DNA of 62,551 nt, the filler included, from Diploschistes diacapsis (taxonomy: Eukaryota), in NCBI GenBank assembly GCA_023645945.1. It is 21 parts of 21 records of this genome, joined end to end, with 100 filler letters (N's around TTAATTAATTAA, not from the genome) between each part and the next. Parts side by side here need not be neighbours in the genome. Positions count along the whole stretch, not along the records: positions 7,817 to 31,542 come from JALAIB010000256.1; 20 more parts are not named here. One strand, written 5' to 3'. Positions within the stretch are counted from its first letter, which is position 1. Every line of letters starts with the position of its first letter. Of this stretch, positions 12,160 to 24,200 are shown one piece after another. Under the pieces are notes generated by a model. It worked only from the letters and a program-made list of their open reading frames with translations. It did no database searches and had not been told where the DNA came from. Position numbers and translations under genes: made by a program.

Positions 12160-12314
12160 TGTAAGGCCTGCGGGGTTACACATCTGCCTCGGCTGCCACA
12201 GCCACGCACCTACATATAGTGTAATAGGGAAACAGTGCTTTCGGGGTTCCTGAAAGTTAGTCTTTTGGCTCAGTGGGATAGCGCTACCTATTAGGCACTA
12301 CCCCCGCTGTTACA
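12160..12314. mobile_element. Short solo LTR of a different family (155 bp)
   Basis: TGTAA...TTACA ends. TSD AAAGC at 12155-12159 and 12315-12319. Only copy in the window. Confidence 0.75.
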
Positions 12315-12919
12315 AAAGCTTAACTCCGTAATAAAATAAAAAAATAACGGCATAACCTTAGCGTGGACGGATATTACTAGTGCCGAGAATGATCGCCCAA
12401 GGCGGGTTTCGCGTGGCGCTTGCAGAGGCGGACTTTGAACAGAACACTCGCTTGCCTGTTCATTCGTGTGCGGTTTAAGTATTAAGTCGAGTGGCTGTGC
12501 AGCGATAGCATGGAAGTTTCATCATGCCTTGACCTGTAGGTTGTAGAGTGCAAGATCGCTGTCGATATATTTGGAAGGTTGCCGGCATGGGGGGTTGCAA
12601 GCAAGCAAGGCTGAAACTTCATTTTCGCGGCAGAAAGAAACTTATGCGACACTACTAATGCCATTTACACCAAAAACTCTCTAATAAGAATGCCCTTTCT
12701 TCCCGTTGATTGGAGCCTCAGGTTGTGCCGTAGGAGTCCCTCTTCCTCTTGGCTGTGCTAGGACTCCCTATATACCACCTAGTCCTGCCAAAGCAGACGT
12801 GATATCATCCTGCATTTTTCACTCTGTATCTATTTCAATACCTTCAATGTTACTATCACCATTCACATATAATATGCTGCTGTTCGACGACATCAAGTAG
12901 GCATCGTTAGCAAGCACCC

Positions 12920-15561
12920 ATGTTTTCGCGACATAATCATCCATATATCCAACTCGACGAGTCATTTCTAGACACTTCCTACAATCCCGATTATGACACG
13001 TCCAGACAGTCCGACAATGGCATTCAGCTGCAAGACCTTGGGCGATTCCGGTCGCTCAAAAGGCACCCTTATAAAGCGCTGGGAACACCGACGGCGAATC
13101 TCGAACAATCTACTTCGCCCTTAAGATGGCCATCCAGCAGTAAATCGCGCCCCCAATGTGATACTTACAAGCCCTTGCCCGCAGCCCCTCGTTCAAGATG
13201 GTCTGGCTGGAGGTTTACGGTCGCCTCTGGGAGTTTGGCCTCCGTTGTCGTGCTCATCTGCAACATTGCCTTGTTGGGCTGGTCCTACAATTTTCCCAGG
13301 AGCAACACAAACAATATTTTGCTATATCAGGGTGATTGTGGCGAAATGAAGAGGATAGATACCCTATCACATTTGTTAATAAATGTTCTTAGCACAATCT
13401 TGCTCGCAGCTAGCAACTATGCAATGCAAGTCCTTGTCGCCCCTACTAGGGCCAATGTCGACAAAGCTCATCCTCTGGGAAAGTACGTGTTTTGCCCCCC
13501 TCATGGTATTTATGACCAGGAGCTTATGGCATCCAGAGTTCTCGACATTGGTATCTCTGGTTTTGGCAACTGGCGATTCATGGGCTGGAACAGGCGCATT
13601 TGCTGGCTGAGCCTCACTCTATCAACTATCCCGCTTCATTTGCTGTGAGCCTGGCATTCTACATGCATTATTCTTCCCCGAGACCACTGCTAATCATATC
13701 AGCTATAACTCAGTCATTTTCTCAACAACGTCAGCCATCAACTATCAGGCCTACGTAGTTTCCCAAGACTTCCTTGGTGGCGCTCCATATAGTTCGTCAG
13801 ATTCATCATCTACTGGAGTTTTCTTTTATTCCGGAGCTCAGGAATCGGGTTTGACGATACAGCAAGCTAATAAAACGCTACTGGAACTGTATACGAAAGC
13901 AAATAATGGCTCTTTGAAGAATGGGTCCATGCAAAACATGACAAACTCGGATTGCATAGCAGCATTCAACCAAAATTACGTACCTAATTACGCTAGCGGT
14001 ATGTTCAACTACTATAATTTGCGAATTACGAATTACTACGGAGTACTGCAAGATTGCTGATAGATTGAACTAGTGCTTCTTGTAACCAACATGACCAGAA
14101 AAGAGGCCAACGGCTCATTATTGAACCTTTTCGCGCATCAATCTGCATTAGCTACTTCGGATCTCTACTGGTTTTGTGGTGCCCAAAGACCTCTGTCTTC
14201 GACGTGTAACCCGGCGCCAACAAACTTCACGCTACCATATTACTCAAACACAAACCCCAACGGAAACAGTTTAATATCAGGAACTACCCACGTTCAATAC
14301 TGTTTGGCCAACCCAGCAGAGCCTCACTGCACAGTCGAGTTGATACCTGGGCTGCTTTACGCGGTTATTCTCTGTAACGTCATAAAGGGTCTTGCCTTTG
14401 CGTACCTCACCTTCCTTCAATTTGATCCCCTGATCACAATTGGTCAGGCCGTAGCTTCTTTCTTAGAAAACCCTGATCCAACGACGGAGGGACTGGGCGC
14501 CCATTCGGCAAGAGACGTTCGTGGAGAATGGCTTTCGAATCCACAAAGTGGGACTTACTGGTCGGAGCTTAATCAGGATCATATATATAAGTCTGAACGC
14601 CGGCGATGGTTTTCCGGCGCTTCACCGCTGCGCTGGTTCTTGACATTGCTCGCGTGAGTTGGGTCCCTCTACTTCTTTCATCATCGCATGTTGATACATG
14701 GTTATGCATTTGCTGAAGAAAACCCGTTGATCTCGCATTAGGTGTCTTTCCTACTGGCTTGTTGGGCTCTCACTCCTGCTTCTCATTCAATACAACGGGA
14801 ACCACCTCGTCCCAACCTTTGCCGTGCAGTGGGCGCTAGGCTTTGGAGCTGTGATACCATCCGAGCTCGCCAGCGTCACGCACGATCCCAGCTGGAACAT
14901 TGAGCTTCTGGAGAACGTGCTCCTTGCCAACTTTCCGCAAATCAGTACGTCAAGGGAATAGCAGAACAGAGTTCTAAAGCTAACGTAATAACAAGTATTA
15001 TCCTTCGTGTATGTTTCATACAACGGGCTCTTTACCTGCATGCTGCTGTCGCGCGAATGGGTATCTTATGCCAGATCCCGGAAAGGTCTGCGGGTTCACT
15101 GGCCTAGGGGTGCCCAGCGGGCCACGTACTGGCTATCTCTCCCATACCGCTATTCCATGCCCCTTCTCGTAACCTCAGGCCTCATACACTGGCTGTTGTC
15201 CCAGTCCATCTTTGTCGCTCAGGTCAACATTTACTCAATCGATGGCGACTTGCAAGTGAACGAAAGCGTCAACGCAATTGGATGGTCAGAGCTGGCCCTG
15301 ACGCTATTGCTGACACTGGGTGGTGCAATGATTCTCACCATACTTGGCTTTGGATTTCTAAGGTATAGGCGTGGCATACCCATTGCTTCATCGAATTCAA
15401 GAGCCATCAGTGCAGCATGTCATCCTGTACCTGGAAGATTCGAGGAATCGACTCAGCGACTTCAGTATGGCATTATTTCAGAGTTGGGAGATGGAAGGTA
15501 TCACGTTGGTTTTAGCAGCCGGGAAGTGAAGCCGCTGGTCGAGGGGGATTATTACGAGTAA
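12920..15561 (+). CDS. Multi-pass membrane protein, DUF6536-like (6 exons; introns ~13483-13536, 13645-13702, 13999-14073, 14654-14741, 14945-14995)
   Basis: Motifs LYQGDC..., HLLINVLSTILLAASNYAMQVLVAPTR..VDKAH, SIPLHLLYNS-like, QRATYWLSLPYRY, HWLLSQSIF, SNSRAISAACHP. Canonical splice sites join the ORF pieces. Confidence 0.85.
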
Positions 15562-15923
15562 TGAACATACATAGACTTACCTAATACTACTAAAGTGCAT
15601 AGTCTTACAACGCATGAAGAAAGAGTGTCGAGGACCATTTTGCCCAGTAATGGCCTGATACTGTAACAAAAGTTCCTCCTAGACCTGCAATGCCCGCCCA
15701 GCCCTACCGCAATTCGCTTAGGGTGAAATTAGCTTCCTCCCGCAAATTGCGGGAACACAGAAGCGAAAAATCAACCGCCCTCTCCCAACTTTCAAAGAGA
15801 GAACGGCAGGTCCTGCAAGATCAGGATCCCCAAGGGTCGCTCCTTGACCCTACAATCACCTCTTTTAGATTTGTCGCAATAACGAGGGAAGCCTTCACGG
15901 AAGGCTGAAAGGCGCTGGACAGA

Positions 15924-17294
15924 ATGGCGGACGTCCAATCCAAGGTGAGTGAAGCGGATCTGGGCTTCAATCAAGCAGTAGAACTGGAATCACCCATCGC
16001 TAACCATGTATGCCAGAATATGTACGCGGTTCTCGGTATGCACTACTTTTGAAAGAATTCCGGGCTTCAATTGACTGAAGCCATCAAGGCAATGACTCCG
16101 ATCAAGACTCTGACCGAGAGCCTGCGCCACCCACCAAAGCCATTGACAAGACGCTGCCGCGGTCAGCGAAGCGTGATGCCCCGGATACAGCTCCGGCACG
16201 GGCTACAGCTGGCGAAGGGCGTGGACGTGGCGGACGTGGCGGTCGAGGCGGCGGACGCGGGGGTAGTGAAGGAGGTAAGTCAGGCTGCTTTGATGCAATC
16301 GTTAATTCATCGCTATTCTTGTTATGCGTGACAAACTACATCTAACCTCGGTTATTTCAGCTTTCCAAGACCGAGATGCCGGGAGCACGGCTAATCGCAG
16401 CCGAGGCTACGTCGAGCAGACTGACCGCCCCTACCGTGGTGGACGTGGTGACCGTCCTCCACGCGGCCCTCACAGAGGACGGGATGGTCGTGATGACAGG
16501 CACAGCCACGGCCGGCCAAAGTATAATTTTCAATCCACGTGGCAAGGACAATACTAACTCTCTAAAGTGAACACGTAAAGCAAGCCGATCAATCGTGGGG
16601 TGCTCAAACTGGCGGATCGGAATGGGACGACGAGAAAGCCGGCGAAGAAATAGCAAAGGCTGAAGCAAAGGAAGGGTTCGATACTAGCGTCAACGCGCCG
16701 GTGAACGCAGACGGCGAAAAGCCCGACGGAGAGAGCGGACAGGCCGAGAACGTCCCATCAACCGAGCCCGCCGAGCCCGAAGACCGGAGCAAGTCGTACG
16801 ATGCTTACCTCGCAGAGCAGGCCGAGAAGCGAATGAACCTGGGTGGCGTCCTCAAGGCCCGTAAACCCAATGAGGGAAACAAGATCGACAAGAAGTGGGC
16901 CAGTGCCAAGCCCATCAATCAGGACGACAACGAGGAGGCTTATATTGCCGGCAAAGAAGCCAAGGCGGGGCGTCAACGCGAGCGCAAGGAGAAGCAGACC
17001 CTCGAGATTGATTATCGTTACCAGGAGCAATCGCGCGGCGAGCGTGGCGGACGTGGCGGCCGCGGCCGCGGAGAATTCCGGGGCGGAGATCGTGGCGGTC
17101 GCGGAGAATCCAGGGGTGGAGATCGTGGAGGACGCGGCGACCGCGGCCGTGGTCGTGGTGATTTCCGTGGTGGTGACTTCCGTGGTAGTGACTTCCGTGG
17201 TGGTGACTTCCGTGGTGGGCGCGGTGGAGGACGTGGCCGTGGCGACAATGTCAACATCTCTGACGAGACTGCCTTCCCCAGTTTGGGCGCTTAG
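15924..17294 (+). CDS. STM1: Stm1/SERBP1-like ribosome-associated RGG protein (multi-exon)
   Basis: Spliced N-terminus MADVQSK|NMYAVLG|NDSDQDSDREPAPPTKAIDK. Later KSYDAYLAEQAEK, long RGG/DFRGG repeats and a C-terminal DETAFPSLG. Confidence 0.85.
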
Positions 17295-18470
17295 GGCGTT
17301 GCTTGCATCTAGTGCGGAATGCTGCTTCTTATGAATTGACTGTATCGATGTATTGAGTGCAGTTGAGATCTGAATTCTGAAAACAAATGGAGATGTCACT
17401 TTTAGGACCAATCAAGGCGATAGCGTTCCGGAGCTGGTGCCAAATGTGAACCCTTTCTTTAATCTAGCTTCACTTAGTCTTGCTTTACTGCCGATTTTGC
17501 CGCAGAATTGCTAGGCAGTGGTGGCTTCTACGATCAGACCTGTCATTACGAAACTGTTGCCTACAGATATTGTTTTCTAGCTTCCGGCCTTTAAAATCAA
17601 GCATCTGTATGATAGACAGTCAACTGTTCCACATGTCGAGGGCTCGGCAAGAGGACATTACGACCGCAACATGAAAGCAAAGAGAATCTGCTTCCACCCC
17701 CCATCTTCAAGCGCGGTTTTATCCCCAGCAGGAGGTCCATCTTTTTTTGCGACTTCTCTTCCTGCTCCCCTCCTCTCTGCAGGTCCTCGAACGCTAGGCA
17801 TAGCTTGCCAAGCTGCCTTTGCTTCAACATCGGTGCAGTAGGCTCTTTTTGACGGTACAACTTTCCGTGGATGGCCAGTTGAACTACATGGTTCGTAGTA
17901 TGCTTGTCTCGTTTTGAAAGAAGCTTCCTATCCTTGGGCATGCAAGAGAAAATAGAATCGTGGCTTGTCTTGTTGTTGCCTTCTTGGTCTGTATATTGGA
18001 TAGAATGTAGCAACCCATGTGGTATCAGCATCTCCAGGTGCTTGTTGTCTAGTCGTCCAGCTGCTAATGCTGGCCTCCTCCCCTGTCCTATAGCGGCGCT
18101 TCCAGTATGGGCGATCCTGTGGCGGTGCAAAGATTGTGTACCACGGCCGCGTTGCGAATAACTTTGCATGCGCCTCAGTATGACGTAGAGCCCCGCGGTT
18201 GGATGGATTGAAGTTTCAGGTTTGGATGCTGCGACGGTGCGCAACAGGTAGGGTTATTGGTTTTCTTAACCGTGAGCTTCTTGGAAGTACGTGCTAGGAT
18301 GCTTGCTTCCCATTTTTCTTGTCTAAGACCGGTTGTGGTGCGATATAGCTCGCTGACTTTTCCTTCTACGTTCTCCTGACTCAGCCTTTCTCTTCCAGCA
18401 ACCCAGGCACGATACGCACCCATCGTCGCACCATAACCTTTCCTACTATCATATCTCGAAACCACCAACA

Positions 18471-20480
18471 ATGGCAGTCCTACACGACAAACTCAAGTCC
18501 CTAGGGCCCGTCTCCTTCTCCTCCGTCCCCACCTCCACTCCCGAGCTCTCCTCCTACCTCCAATCCCACTTCTCCGACGGTCAGTTTATAATCGAGTCCA
18601 TCCCCCAACCCAATCCACCAGCCGCCGCCAAAACCCGTGCGCGAGCTACATCGTCCGCATCAGCCGTGTCCGACATCTCGCTCTCCTCCGCGCGCTCCAA
18701 GACGCCCTCTGAAGAGCACGAGGCGTTGCAGAAAGAGTGGGGTAAGCCTGTCAAGCTCTCGGAGAAAGAGAACCCGTTGGGTATAAGCGTTTATAAGCTA
18801 TCGGCAAAGGATGGCAAGGGAGCGTGGTTTGCGAGGAGGAGCGTACACGAGGGACTAAGCTTTGAGCGGTGGAAGGAGGGGCTGATACAAGAGTTCCCGT
18901 CCAGCTTGAAAGTCGAGGGTGGACCTGGATCGGGGAAGGTGAGGGGCATAGCCGCGGATACTAGGCCCGAAAGGGTAGATGTGAATGGCGTTGGCAGCAT
19001 CGAGGTCTACCATCTCTCAGCGCAGTTTCCCGGACCTTCGGCGCCCAGGGACTTTGTAACATTGCTTTTGACGTCAGACTCGGCGCTGGTCGGGGCCGTG
19101 GAAGACCGTCCGAGGCATTACATGGTCATCTCGAAGCCTTGCGAGCATCCTGATTATCCGGCGAAGAACGGGCTAGTTCGGGGGACATACGAGTCGCTAG
19201 AGTTTATTAGGGAGATACCGAGAGATAGAAAGGCTGCTTCCACTACGGATCTGCTGAAACGCGAAACGAAGCCCAAAGATGACTCGACGGCCGAAGCACC
19301 GGAGACTACACGTCGGAGTCGGGGGAAAACGGTGAGCTTTGCAGAGTCACGAGGCATGGAAGCCAAGGGGGAGATGATTGATCGGCAGACTGGGGCGGAA
19401 GATTCAGACGAGGATGCGAACCCGGTTGAGTGGATCATGATAACCAGGAGTGATCCGGGCGGGAGTGTTCCTCGTTTCCTGGTTGAAAGAGGCACACCTT
19501 CTGGCATCGTTTCTGATGCTTCGAAGTTCCTGGACTGGGCGTGTAAAAGGGGACCTCTCGCTCCACCCGAGAGCAGCGAGGAGCTTGAAGAAGCGTCCAC
19601 ACCAAGACCCGGTATTGCGGTGATGTCTACAGAAGAACAAATAGCCCAGAACGAAAGGGAACAACCGATACCTCCGGCTGAGTCTCAGAGCTTGCTTTCA
19701 ACAGCCGCCAACGCGGCTTATACGGCGGCCGAAGCGTATGCGCCGGCCCTCACCAACGGGCTTTCAAACGCTGCACATTCTGCGCTGCCTGGTGGCTCAG
19801 AAACCCCCATTAATTCCACCACTTCCACAGATCCATCGCGGAAGTCCTCGGTTTCTTCTGACGGCTCTTTTGCAAGCGCAGAGGAAGACTTCTCAGACGC
19901 TGGTTCTCTACCATCAACAGCCAGCGGCTCTACAAGGGCGCTGAGTGCCCAAGAGAAGGAGCTCCTACGTCTCGCTAACAGAAAGAGCGAGCTGGCGGCG
20001 AAACTGGTTCGCACGAAAGAAAAGTCGATCGTCGACAGGGACAAACCTACAGAGAAAGAGTTGTCGCGTGTGAAGAAGGCCAAAGAGAAGCATGACCGCG
20101 AGGTCAGCAAAGCCGAGGAACGGTACGCCAAGGCGACGAAGCAGATCGAGGACAAGCGCCGGCGCGACGAATCACGGGAGGAGGAGCGCAAGGAGCGGGA
20201 GGTCAAGCAGGAAGTGGAGAGGAGGCAGAAGGCGGAGAAGAAGGAGCGGGAGCAGCGGGAGAAGGCGGAGAAGAAGGATGCGGAGGCGAGGCTGAAGACC
20301 GAGGTGGAGGGGCTGAAGAAGGAGGTGGAGAAGCTGAAGGGGGAGAAGGGCGAGTTGGACGAGAGCGTCAGGGTGCTGCAGGCGGAGAATACGAAGCTGG
20401 TGACTATGATGGGGAAGTTGGAAGGCGGGGAGAGGCTTCTGGGGGAGATGAAGGGCGAGAGCGAGCCACCGGAATCGTGA
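18471..20480 (+). CDS. DUF3074-like (START-like fold) protein with charged coiled-coil C-terminus, 669 aa
   Basis: Intact single-exon ORF with motifs WFARRSVHEG, QFPGPSAPRDFVTLL, RGTYESLEFIREI, WIMITRSDPGGSVPRFLVERGTP. Confidence 0.85.
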   Translation: MAVLHDKLKSLGPVSFSSVPTSTPELSSYLQSHFSDGQFIIESIPQPNPPAAAKTRARATSSASAVSDISLSSARSKTPSEEHEALQKEWGKPVKLSEKENPLGISVYKLSAKDGKGAWFARRSVHEGLSFERWKEGLIQEFPSSLKVEGGPGSGKVRGIAADTRPERVDVNGVGSIEVYHLSAQFPGPSAPRDFVTLLLTSDSALVGAVEDRPRHYMVISKPCEHPDYPAKNGLVRGTYESLEFIREIPRDRKAASTTDLLKRETKPKDDSTAEAPETTRRSRGKTVSFAESRGMEAKGEMIDRQTGAEDSDEDANPVEWIMITRSDPGGSVPRFLVERGTPSGIVSDASKFLDWACKRGPLAPPESSEELEEASTPRPGIAVMSTEEQIAQNEREQPIPPAESQSLLSTAANAAYTAAEAYAPALTNGLSNAAHSALPGGSETPINSTTSTDPSRKSSVSSDGSFASAEEDFSDAGSLPSTASGSTRALSAQEKELLRLANRKSELAAKLVRTKEKSIVDRDKPTEKELSRVKKAKEKHDREVSKAEERYAKATKQIEDKRRRDESREEERKEREVKQEVERRQKAEKKEREQREKAEKKDAEARLKTEVEGLKKEVEKLKGEKGELDESVRVLQAENTKLVTMMGKLEGGERLLGEMKGESEPPES

Positions 20481-21244
20481 AGTTATCCTGGAGCCGGATA
20501 ACTTGGTAGCCGTAGCAAGCGGGACTTGACCGACACCCCTATGCAGCAGCAAAACCTTGCTGAAACCGAAAGAAGCCTTCAGTATCTTGGGGCGGTGCTT
20601 GGTGTGTGAAGTGTCATTAGGAATGCACGGGGCGCGTCGCATGTGGGGTTTAGCGGCTTGGTTGGTTGACCACGGTCCCCCCGCCCCCCCTCTCGGGGAA
20701 GTTGAAGTGAGCCAGTGAGGGGCACCCGAGGGTGTTCGATGAGTACGGTATGGTACTTGATCTTGATTTACAGAACGAGATTTTCGAATTCTATCTATAA
20801 AGCTGACTTGAACATGGCTGGAACATCTTGAACATCTTCATGTACCCTACTACCACTACAGAATCTCTACGATATAAGTTTGAATGTAGAACCGACACGG
20901 CGGCTGCAGACGCTTATGCACCGCAGCAAGGTTTGATTGAAACGTGCATTTAGTGGGATAGCTGTGGCTTTGGGGTGCGTGAGCGGCCGCTAAAGATGGG
21001 CGGAACCTGTCAAAGCCGGGGGAGTTTGAGCGAGCGACTCAAGAGATCTCCTACGACTCATCTTTATTCCTGCAGCCAATCACACTCGAGTTCTACTTGT
21101 GCCCAATCCCACACACACACATGTACAGTCTCTTCAACCTCAACCTCACCTACTTCGTACCGTAATGGCTGCTTGTTACTCCTTTTGTGGCCGTACTTCC
21201 CAAACTTAACAGTCCACCACACGCTAGATGCAGAGTGATAAGGA

Positions 21245-24200
21245 ATGTTCTCTCGTTTCACGCCCACGGGCGATTCTCGTTACACGCCCAGAGACAGAGA
21301 CCGAGACCGAGACCGATCTCCGCCAAGGCTCGAAAGACGAGGCTCCAACCAACATGGGTCGCCCATCGCACCGCGAAATACCGATAACTCTTACAGGCCC
21401 GATGATGCACCAGCGTCGTCAGCCAATCCTCGAGACGGCCCCAGAGATCCACCTCGGGGACCAAGAATAACACACGATGGCGGCGGAAGAGGAGGATCGT
21501 ACAGCTCGAGAGGCAGGGGTTATGCTGCACGAGAGTCAAGAGACAACCAATTCCCAAGGCGTGAGTCGGACAGAGACTGGCAGCGCCGTGACGCATTTGA
21601 CAGGAGGTCTCCTCCACCTCGCAACCGCTCGAGGACACCACCAGGGAAAGACTATCGCGATACCAGAGACCCCAGAGATCTTCCAGGCCGTGAGCTTGAT
21701 ATGAGCCGCATTACGAGGAATGTGAGGGATGGTGGACCCATGTCAGCAACCTCAACACATTCTGACTCTCCTTTCTCGATTGGAGGCTTCTACCGTGGCA
21801 GCTCCTTTCGTGGGCGTGGTAGAGGAGACTGGGACGGTCGTGGAAGGGGCAGGGGAGGTCTCTCGGATGACAGAGATCCTTTTCGAGCGCGAAGTCGCTC
21901 AAGAGATCGAATAACTAGGGACTTTCGCGACGAGCGGGGCAGAGATCATGAACGTGACTCTTCACGCCGAGACGATGATAAAAAATCGGAGTGGGACCGC
22001 GACGGTGACCGTTACAGGCGGGATCCACCGTTGCGTCCCGACTCTCGTAACTCCACCGGCAGTCAACATGCTTCTGCCACTCCCTCACATGCCTCAGCAC
22101 CTTACCAACAGAGCAAGCCCGCAGGTCTTATAGCTGAAAGCAGCCGACGCTCATCATTTGCACTGCCACAAGCACGACCGGAACTGTCCAGAAACGCATC
22201 GACCCCACAACCGCCCTCGTCGCCGTTGACATCCGTTCAGGTTCCGATGTTCGGCGCCGTCAATCCATCGATAGTTGCCCCAACTTCCAAACCCTCCACG
22301 GCGCAAACGAGTCCGAAGGAAGCGTCGCCAACGCCGGGCAGGTCGGACTCGGCTGATCCCACAAAGGTGGCCCCCAAAGCGCCAAAAGCAGAACTCAATG
22401 CCCAACCACCTATTGGACCCAAAGCAGCTCTTGGCTTTCAACGACGAGCGCCCTTCCCTCTCAACTCACCGGGCCGTGCATACGACGCCCATTACGATGC
22501 AGTCGCTGGGCAAAGCCCTTCAATGTCCCGTTTTGGTGGGCCTGTCACTCCGTCGTCCGCTCCCCTCTCGTCGGCGCCGCGCATTCGGGCTTTTCCACCA
22601 TGGGCTAGCCCCGAGATGGGTTCTCGGCCAATTCCGTCCGAAGCGCCCACCTCAGTGCATAGCTACCAATGCCCCGATACGCCTTCATCTTTAACGTTTG
22701 CGAACACATCGTCTCGGATACCCACCGGACCCAAGGCTAGCCAGCCGTCGATCAGGGCTCCTATGAACCCAAGGGGCAGCAAGCCCAGTACAATGACATG
22801 GGTCAATCCAAAGCTTCAACGTCCGTCGATACTGCAACCATTGGCACAACACGCCGCGAGGAAAGACGATGGGAAAACAGCCAGGCCAAGCACAAGTGGG
22901 TCCAACCGAGAGATGTCAAAAGGAATATCTCGAGCTTTTGCCGCGGCTTCCAGCCCTTCGTTAGAGGATGCCACCAGATTGAAGCCAGGGTTTTCCGTAA
23001 CAGGAAAAGATAAGCCAGAGGCCCAGGTTCCGTCGGAAGCTACAAGTCCTCGAGCTGCGAGCCCGGAAGATGAGGATGAGAATGCAGCGGAAGATGATGA
23101 GGAAAACATGGACCTCTTCGACCAGGAAGATTTTGAGGAAGCAGAGAGACAATTCGTGAAGGAAATGGACGCGCTTCGCTCCAAGATGGTCCCAAGTCCT
23201 ACAAAACATCCTACTCTTTTGGTCCTCCTCGAAGAACTGGACGCCCTTGCTAGTGCGGCAGAAGACTTGGAAAACGGAGTGTTACCGCCTAAGATCGAGG
23301 AACCTCCGACCTCCACAAGGCCCGTCTCCATGCCAACTCCACCCAATGAAGCCTCCAGCATCAAGAAGAGCGAAGAACCAATGCAGTTCAAGCTCGAGCG
23401 AGAAGAAAGCGTAATTGATGACTTGCCTCTACAAGGGCTGCCGTACTTGGCCAATGGAATTCCGACTCCTATCTCTGACGTGGATTTCCTTGACGAAAGG
23501 GACTGTGAGGAGCAACTATGCCAACAAATCAAGCATTCTCTTGCCGTCGAAAACGAGACCGATGAAGAGTTGCGCCAGGAGTTTGCTCGCTTGTACCGGA
23601 ACTGGAGAGAGGAAGTTGAACTGTATGATAGAGAAAGAGCTGAGATTGAAGAGGCAGAAGAGCGGAGGTTCGCCACACCTCTCCCTGAAGGCCCTGCCGA
23701 GCCTGCGACAGCACCCAGCGCTCAGGGCGACACAAGTATCAACAAGCGCCGAGAAATGTACGCAGATGACCAGGACCTTCAGAAAATCCTAGATCGAACA
23801 AAGACCGAGAATGACATGAAAACAATGCAGCAGGCACAGGATTCTCAAGAAAGGGCCGATCCGACTCGAGAAGCGTCCATACCTGACATGCTGACCGCGT
23901 CAGAAGAGAGACTCTATTTATTCGAGGATGTAAACAATAGGGTCAACGCTGCGTCAACGCTACAGGTCTTCAGGTTCATTCCACCTTCGGACGACTTCAA
24001 AGACGAAGAGCAGGAGCATTTCAAAGAAGCCTATGTAGCCACACCAAAGAAATGGGGTTTCATTGCTCAAGCCATCAATAGAGCTATGACGGATACACAT
24101 GATCAGAGAGGAGATGGGGAAAAGTTCCGACACCGAGACTTTCATGACTGCATCCGACATTACTACTTGACCAAGAAGGAATCCCTGTACAAGAACATGC

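Noticed and set aside
8078..15561. Peptide precursor plus neighbours as a RiPP (dikaritin-type) cluster
   Set aside because: No DUF3328/UstYa oxidase, tyrosinase or transporter is visible. The neighbours are DYS1 and a DUF6536-like gene, and the upstream side is cut by the contig edge.
10036..17294. DYS1 and STM1 as a translation-related cluster
   Set aside because: Two housekeeping genes separated by an unrelated gene; no shared regulatory evidence.
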